Shown piece after piece: positions 43,501 to 47,782 of a stretch of DNA of 47,782 bases. The DNA comes from Thermoanaerobaculia bacterium (GTDB lineage: Bacteria > Acidobacteriota > Thermoanaerobaculia > UBA5066): contig JBBRRY010000030.1 in NCBI GenBank assembly GCA_038245905.1, positions 1 through 47,782 of the forward strand, written 5' to 3'. Under the pieces are notes generated by a model. The model worked only from the letters and a program-made list of their open reading frames with translations, was not told where the DNA came from and did not search any database. A program made the translations under genes and the position numbers. Positions within the stretch are counted from its first letter, which is position 1; each line of letters starts with the position of its first letter.

Positions 43501-43715
43501 ACGGCCACGACTCGTTCCGCTTTCGTCCCGACGAGAATCCCGCAGCCTGTCCCGCAGAAGCGGCAGACGCTCTTGTCCCAGGCCACGCCCGCATCCAGGG
43601 GCGCCTGCCCGGCGGCCGCGAAGGCGTCCTCTGCGACCGGGATTCCCGCGGCGGCGGCCGCCGCGAGCGCGGCGCTGCGCTTCAGAAGCTCCCGGCGTGT
43701 GCTGCTCTGGTTCAT
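40515..43715 (-). CDS. napA: Periplasmic nitrate reductase NapA fused in frame to diheme NapB
   Basis: Tat motif [16 protein letters not shown] [4Fe-4S], NARHCMAS Mo ligand, and NapA C-terminus [19 protein letters not shown]. Continues without a stop into PPLIPH...CLTCH...SHY...[11 protein letters not shown] (NapB). Confidence 0.93.
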   Translation of the reverse strand: MNQSSTRRELLKRSAALAAAAAAGIPVAEDAFAAAGQAPLDAGVAWDKSVCRFCGTGCGILVGTKAERVVAVKGDPDAPVNRGLLCIKGYANAKILYGEDRLTKPLLRMKDGKFDKNGDFFPVSWERAFQEMEAQFKRVHAELGPSGVGVMGSGQYTIMEGYAAAKLVKAGWRSNNLDPNARHCMASAVTGFMQTFGIDEPSGCYDDIEKTDAVVTWGANMAEMHPILWSRIVDARLARPEYRIFNLTTYTTPTSAGADTEIVFKPNTDLAIWNYIAREIVLRGAVDKDFVEKHCVFATGPADIGFGMRPGEDHALDSEKDTRSHQRTVVLTKEEAIGRGLDPSVTHTRPQKDAAGAAAHWLITFEDFKKAVEPYTLDFVASLTRGDADEPLEEHKRKLKELANLYADPKRKAVSYWTMGFNQHTRGTWVNEQAYMVHLLTGKQAKPGSGAFSLTGQPSACGTAREVGTFAHRLPADMTVDNPEHRAHAEEHWKLPQKTINPKVGSHITEMMRDLEDGKLKWLWIQVTNPFQSTANNNHWLAAARQPGTFLVTSDAYPGISAKVSDLILPSAMIFEKWGGYGNSERRTQLWRQQVPAPGDAKTDLWQILEFSKRFKLREVWGEQPLPGLKAEGFTDGRLPSILEGAAALGHSPDSTLYDVLFATPANKKVLWPDPVAKGHANATAAQLGAAWFPEKALFEEYAGFGRGHGHDLAPFDRYMADDVRGLRWPVVDGKETLWRFNEAYDPYARKGSGFDFYGKAMKALPKGDLEKVTDPAKVALAGKAKIFFRPYAAPPEIPDAVYDLWLSTGRVLEHWHSGTMTRRVPELHAAMPAALLYMHEKDAAQRGLKRNDVAWIESRRGKIQVAVETAGRYRTPRGLVYVPWFDESILINKITLDATCPISKQTDFKKCAVKVTKVVAAALFAFFFTAGAGAGETKGVADKTLGLEKSAVTGVPAPKSYEYVTKDPGDGKLLPRLFASAPPLIPHTVDGILPITRADNACLTCHALDKPEPGGPVPIPASHYVDLRNAPAVKRAEIAGSRYVCTACHVPQTNAKPLVANGFRP

Positions 43716-43969
43716 GTTCCCTCCGCGTCTTCCTCGAGATCCCCGAAGTAATGGCAGACGAGCTCGGCCGAGAGAAGACCCGGCAAGGCCTGGATGAGCC
43801 TCAGGCCGTCCTCCTGCTCTTCGGTTGTCCCGGATTCCTGCGTGACCACGATGCGGCCCCGGGCCGCGTCCGTGAACTGGACCTCGACGCCGGGCAGAAC
43901 TCCGAGCCGCTGCACGCCTTCCGCGAGCCCCGAGGGCGCGACGTGGACGACGATGCTCGAGATATTCAC
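43712..43969 (-). CDS. napD: NapD chaperone (start could extend to 44020)
   Basis: NISSIVV...LPGVEV...GRIVVTQE...[12 protein letters not shown] pattern. ATGA overlap with napA. Confidence 0.88.
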   Translation of the reverse strand: MNISSIVVHVAPSGLAEGVQRLGVLPGVEVQFTDAARGRIVVTQESGTTEEQEDGLRLIQALPGLLSAELVCHYFGDLEEDAEGT

Positions 43970-43979
43970 AGCGTTCGAG

Positions 43980-44020
43980 ATCTTAGTCCCCGGGTAGGGT
44001 CCCCGTATGACGGATGTCAT
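43980..44020 (-). promoter_or_regulatory. Putative CRP/FNR-family class II promoter of the nap-nrf operon
   Basis: Palindrome ATGAC-N4-GTCAT (44007-44020) centred about 41 bp upstream of the start site implied by the -10 TAAGAT (43985-43980). Confidence 0.6.
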
Positions 44021-44106
44021 GGACCTTTAGTAGCAGCCATCACCACCAAAGGTATTACTGGAAGTACATTGTTTACAATGTTTACGATGTATGCAGTGGG
44101 AAATCG

Positions 44107-44138
44107 TTGACAGTCTTATAGAAAGTGTCGACACTTTC
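44107..44138 (+). promoter_or_regulatory. AbiE promoter with perfect 18-bp palindromic operator
   Basis: TTGACA (44107-44112)-17 nt-GACACT. GAAAGTGTCGACACTTTC (44121-44138) overlaps the -10. Confidence 0.75.
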
Positions 44139-44142
44139 CCAC

Positions 44143-44742
44143 ATGAACAGCCGGGAGAGGGTAGCGAAGCTCGCGAAGGGGCGCGGCGTGTTCAAGGCGA
44201 GTGAGGTCCATGACCTCGGCATCCACACGCAGGTCCTGACCCGGCTCGAAAAGGAAGGCGTGATCGAGCGCGTCGCCCGTGGCCGGTACAGGCTCGCTCT
44301 CAGCGAGGTCACGGAGCACCACGGCCTCGCCCTAGCTGCCAGCGTCGCGCCGAAGGGCGTCGTGTGCCTCCTCTCGGCCCTTCGCTTCCACGACGTCACG
44401 ACTCAGAACCCATTTGAGGTCTGGCTCGCGGTCGAGCGGCGTTCGCGCATGCCTCGCACCCCGTACCCCCCGCTTCGCGTCTTTCGATTCTCGGGCCGCG
44501 CCTTCACGAGCGGAGTAGAGACGCACAAGATCGAGGGCCAGCGTGTCCGCGTCTACAGCCTCGCGAAGACGATCGCCGACCTCTTCAAGTATCGAAACAA
44601 GGTTGGGATCGACGTGGCGGTCGAGGCGCTGAGTGAGTCGTGGCGCGCCCGGAAGATTAGGCCAAGCGACATCGATCCGTACGCCCGGATCTGCCGTGTC
44701 AAGAAGCTCATCCGGCCCTACCTCGAGGCGCTCACCGCATGA
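44143..44742 (+). CDS. Type IV toxin-antitoxin AbiEi-family antitoxin
   Basis: N-terminal wHTH (LTRLEKEGVIERVARGRYRL), VVCLLSAL.FH, KTIADLFKYRNKVGIDVAVEAL. Confidence 0.9.
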   Translation: MNSRERVAKLAKGRGVFKASEVHDLGIHTQVLTRLEKEGVIERVARGRYRLALSEVTEHHGLALAASVAPKGVVCLLSALRFHDVTTQNPFEVWLAVERRSRMPRTPYPPLRVFRFSGRAFTSGVETHKIEGQRVRVYSLAKTIADLFKYRNKVGIDVAVEALSESWRARKIRPSDIDPYARICRVKKLIRPYLEALTA

Positions 44743-45540
44743 GCGGGGCGGACACGGCTCTGGCTCAGTCGATCCAGACGCGCATCGTGAGCCACGCGCT
44801 GGGCGGGCGAGACGGTCCGCACAACTCGCGACGCCGACCTGCTGGGCTATGGCGTACTCACCCAGGACGAAATCATCAGGATCTTCCGGGAGATCGCCTC
44901 GGCGCCGAGCATCCCGGGTGACGGCGTTGTGTTCCTGCCAGAGACCGTGAGGGTGTCGCCCATCCAGGAGGCTGACCAGTACGGCGGCGAACGAGTGACG
45001 TTCGAAGGCCGACTCGGCAAGGTGAAGCTTCCGCTACGGGTGGATGTCGGGATCGGCGACGCCGTGTACCCGCCGCCCGAATGGCTGGAGTACCCGTCGC
45101 TCCTGAACGTCCCGAGGCCGGTGCTTAGGGCCTATCAACCTGAGACCTCGATCGCGGAAAAGGTCCATGCGATGGTCGATCGGGGCGAAACGAATAGCCG
45201 CATGAAGGACTACTTCGACATTGCCGAGCTCGCTCGCATCCGCGTGTTTGACGGCAGCGCGCTCTCCCGGGCCCTCCGAGAGACCTTTGAACGACGGGGG
45301 ACGCCAGTCCCGGCTTCGCCCAAAGGTCTGTCAATCGCATTCGGCCGCGATCCCGAAAAGCAGCGGCAGTGGGAGGGATTCGTGACGAGGAACCGGGTGA
45401 GCGCGACGAGGGGATTCGAAGTCTCGGTCATGAGCGTGGCCCGGTTTGTTCAGCCGGTGCTGATCGCGGTTTCGAGGGGCGAATCTCTCATCAGGAGTTG
45501 GCCTGCGGGCGGCCCATCGTGGATCCCGGAAGGCGAGTAG
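44739..45540 (+). pseudogene. AbiEii-family nucleotidyltransferase toxin, frameshifted by a deletion near 44799
   Basis: MSGADTALAQSIQTRIVSHA in one frame. WAGETVRTTRDADLLG...DVGIGD...AEK...NSRMKDYFD in another frame from 44800. The ERxLxRL...KG segment is absent. Confidence 0.85.
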
Positions 45541-45547
45541 GCCCTCC

Positions 45548-46207
45548 TCAGGCCGAGAGCGCCGAGACCGCCCGCGCCACGACCGCGAAGTGGCACACAG
45601 CCGCCGCGATCACGAGGGCGTGGAAAATCTCGTGGTAGCCGAACACGTTCGGGAAGGGGTCCGGGCGGCGGAGGGCGTAGACGGCGGCACCGAGGCTGTA
45701 GACGACGCCGCCCGTTGCCAGGAGCACGACGGCGCCGGTCCCGAGCGCGGCCTTCAGCGCCGGCAGGAGCGGAACGGCGGCCCAGCCGAGGAGGACGCAG
45801 ACGAGCGCCACGAGCGCTTTCGGCGCGCGCACCCACGCGATGGACATCACGATCCCGAGGAGCGCCCCCGCCCACACGATGCCGAGAAAGATCCAGCCGC
45901 TGCGGCTGCCGAGGAGGAAGCTGAGGGGCGTGTACGTCCCCGCGATGAGCAGGAAGATCGCGGAGTGATCCAGCCGGCGCATGACCGCGCGGCCCTTCTC
46001 CGACCAGTTCCGGCGGTGGTAAATCGCGCTGACGGCGAGGAGCGACACGAGGGAGATTCCGTAGATGAGCGCGCCGAAGCGGGCGCGCGCCCCCGAGGCG
46101 AGGAACACGAGGATGGCCCCCGCGACGAACGCGACGAACGCCGCCACCTCGTGGAGGACGCCGCGCAGGAGCGGCTTGGCGTGAGACGGATTCTCGGGAG
46201 ATCCCAT
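45548..46207 (-). CDS. Hemolysin III / PAQR family membrane protein (TrhA-like)
   Basis: SAIYH, RRLDHSAIFLLIAGTYTP and GYHEIFH motifs. Confidence 0.93.
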   Translation of the reverse strand: MGSPENPSHAKPLLRGVLHEVAAFVAFVAGAILVFLASGARARFGALIYGISLVSLLAVSAIYHRRNWSEKGRAVMRRLDHSAIFLLIAGTYTPLSFLLGSRSGWIFLGIVWAGALLGIVMSIAWVRAPKALVALVCVLLGWAAVPLLPALKAALGTGAVVLLATGGVVYSLGAAVYALRRPDPFPNVFGYHEIFHALVIAAAVCHFAVVARAVSALSA

Positions 46208-46379
46208 GGCACTCTCGATCATGCACCCGGCGGGGGCCGCGCGCGATGACCCGCGCCTGTTCCTGCGCTGCTCCAGGCACCCAGTAATGGCCATCATTAG
46301 GAACTTGAGCGAAAATCCCCGCAAATGCTCCTAGCTATGTCCGCCTCCGCTGCCGCCGAATACTAGTTAGGCCCCGGAA

Positions 46380-47084
46380 ATGCCCTCACTTTCTGAGCAA
46401 CAGCACATAGAACTTGTGGTGGCGGTCTGCACCGCGCTTCTCGGCATCCTTGTGATTATTTTTCTCCGCAGGCTGCGTCGCCCACCGCCGCTCGAGGCTG
46501 GCCCTGCACCCACCGACGAAGATGAGGACGACTCGGCTTACGTCGAAACAGACGCTCACTCCGCTTCGGCGGCACCGCTCCCGGTCGCACCCGGTGAGGA
46601 CCCCAACGACCTTGCCGAGCGAAAGACAGCCATTACGAATGTACTCATAGGCTGTTACTTCTGGTTCTACCTGCTCGTGTTCGGCGCTCTTGGCGGCATC
46701 GGACTCCTACTTTTCCAGCTCCTCACCGGAAGCTCCGTTTCCGAGGTGTTCCTGCTCTGCTCTCTTGCCATCATCTCGGCCCTCGTACTTGTTGGCCTGG
46801 TGAAGCGGCGCTTGCCCTTTCAGGAGCCAGAGGCCGCGCCCCGTGAGCGAGACCTATCGATCATCACTGTGTGTTACGTGACGCTTTCCGGCATCGCGTA
46901 TCTGATCCACCCTGATCGCGGACTCCTCTACTTCGTCGTTGGTATCAACGCGTTTCTGGTCTACATGCTCGTCATCTATTTCCTGACACGCTCGCTCCTC
47001 TCCCGTCGCATACGCGGCGAGGCGCTACTACCCGCCGTCGCGCCAGCGCTCGAGTGCGCGTGGCTTCTCTCAAAGATTCTCTAA
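46380..47084 (+). CDS. Hypothetical multi-TM membrane protein (cassette 1)
   Basis: 234-aa ORF with several hydrophobic segments and atypical codon use; starts just after GTTAGGC. Confidence 0.7.
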   Translation: MPSLSEQQHIELVVAVCTALLGILVIIFLRRLRRPPPLEAGPAPTDEDEDDSAYVETDAHSASAAPLPVAPGEDPNDLAERKTAITNVLIGCYFWFYLLVFGALGGIGLLLFQLLTGSSVSEVFLLCSLAIISALVLVGLVKRRLPFQEPEAAPRERDLSIITVCYVTLSGIAYLIHPDRGLLYFVVGINAFLVYMLVIYFLTRSLLSRRIRGEALLPAVAPALECAWLLSKIL

Positions 47085-47096
47085 GCGGCCATAGTC

Positions 47097-47161
47097 GGGG
47101 CTTTTAACCCCGCGTCGTATCGGACTCGCTACGCTCGCCGCTGAATTCGATATCGTTATGC
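47097..47161 (+). other. attC-like recombination site (about 60 bp)
   Basis: GGGGCTTTTAAC...GGACTCGCTACGCTCGCC...GTTATGC. The left end approximates the reverse complement of the cassette 5' end GTTAGGCCCC. Confidence 0.7.
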
Positions 47162-47182
47162 GTCTAAAGGAAGGAGCGAGTC

Positions 47183-47599
47183 TTGATTGAAGCCCTCGTT
47201 GGTGCCGCGGTAGGTGTTCTCACGATCGTCTTGGCACGGGTCATTCGTGGGCAGCGTTGGTTGTATTCAATAGGACTGCTCACTCTGCCTGGCTTGTACG
47301 CATTCTTTGCTCTACAAGCCGGTGAGCAGCCCGTGGCCGTCAAAGAAATGATCTACGGTGTTCCGTTTCTCGTAGCTGGGCTGGTCTTCGCATTTGTGAG
47401 CGTCCGTCAGTCGGCGGTAGTCGTCGGTGCATTCTGGATACTTCACGGGCTGTACGACCTGGCGCATAGTCAGCTCATCACAAACGCTGGTGTCCCTGGT
47501 TGGTATCCCGTTTGGTGTTTCTCGGTTGATGTTGTTATTGGCGCATATCTACTATGGCTGTCGCGTCGTATCCCCAATGGAAATCTTCGCCAGGTGTAA
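47183..47599 (+). CDS. Small membrane protein, DUF6010-like (cassette 2)
   Basis: AAGGAG RBS and TTG start. HGLYDLAH...VPGWYPVWC...D motif. Confidence 0.72.
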   Translation: MIEALVGAAVGVLTIVLARVIRGQRWLYSIGLLTLPGLYAFFALQAGEQPVAVKEMIYGVPFLVAGLVFAFVSVRQSAVVVGAFWILHGLYDLAHSQLITNAGVPGWYPVWCFSVDVVIGAYLLWLSRRIPNGNLRQV

Positions 47600-47625
47600 G
47601 TCCGGCCCGGGAAGTTCAGCCCCCC

Positions 47626-47782
47626 TCAGGCGGTCGTCTTGTGGAACCGCGAGACGGCGAGGGCGATGATCGCAAGGGTGTAGAAGGTGAGCCAGGCGAC
47701 GGGCTCCCAAAGCTCGGTCAGCGGCGCGCCCCTCAGGACGATGCCGCGCACGACCTGGATGAAGTACTTCGCGGGGATCAGG
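47626..47782 (-). CDS. ABC-2 type transporter permease C-terminus, partial
   Basis: Translated by hand: LIPAKYFIQVVRGIVLRGAPLTELWEPVAWL...RFHKTTA*. Confidence 0.8.
   Translation of the reverse strand, partial: LIPAKYFIQVVRGIVLRGAPLTELWEPVAWLTFYTLAIIALAVSRFHKTTA

Larger units (their letters stand above)
46366..47599 (+). mobile_element. Two integron-like gene cassettes without integrase in the window (decayed CALIN-like array)
   Basis: GTTAGGC core at 46366, attC-like element at 47097-47161 ending GTTATGC, and co-oriented ORFs with visibly lower GC. Confidence 0.7.

Noticed and set aside
40494-43751. 1085-aa plus-strand ORF opposite napAB, and similar long antisense ORFs (2727..4616, 10921..12990, 29553..31556, 33237..34931)
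   Set aside because: These are shadow ORFs typical of high-GC coding DNA. They have no recognisable motifs, while the opposite strand carries clear conserved genes.
44121-44138. The half-site GAAAGTGTC also occurs in the IS end near 119-127
   Set aside because: It is only 9 bp, has no TGT/ACA terminus context, and is better explained as the AbiEi autoregulatory palindrome.

Overview
High-GC bacterial chromosomal window. Gene content and codon style suggest Acidobacteriota, possibly Thermoanaerobaculia (inference). From left to right: the left end of an IS1202/ISNCY-type insertion sequence; a small ABM-fold gene with a structured 5' UTR; a three-MscS operon ending in a Cys-rich pseudo-receiver gene, divergent from a nitrilase + GNAT + internally deleted Na+/H+ antiporter operon; a GGDEF gene with an apparent CTG start; a probable sulfur-handling cluster (TolC-MFP-RND-PII-like-DUF302-ArsR / YgaP-OsmC / TauE-DUF1634); housekeeping genes; a branched-chain amino acid locus (leuCD, LysR, leader peptide with attenuator, ilvD-ilvB-ilvN-ilvC-leuA-leuB-ilvE); a single nitrate-to-ammonium (DNRA) operon napD-[napA::napB]-nrfH-nrfA; a type IV AbiE TA locus with a broken toxin; and two integron-like gene cassettes with no integrase in the window. 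The best candidate for an undescribed system is the NapA-NapB in-frame fusion, which keeps an internal signal-peptide-like linker, within a minimal DNRA operon whose NrfA has CXXCH at the active-site heme. Many genes appear to be leaderless. All family calls come from motif recognition by eye; no database searches were run.
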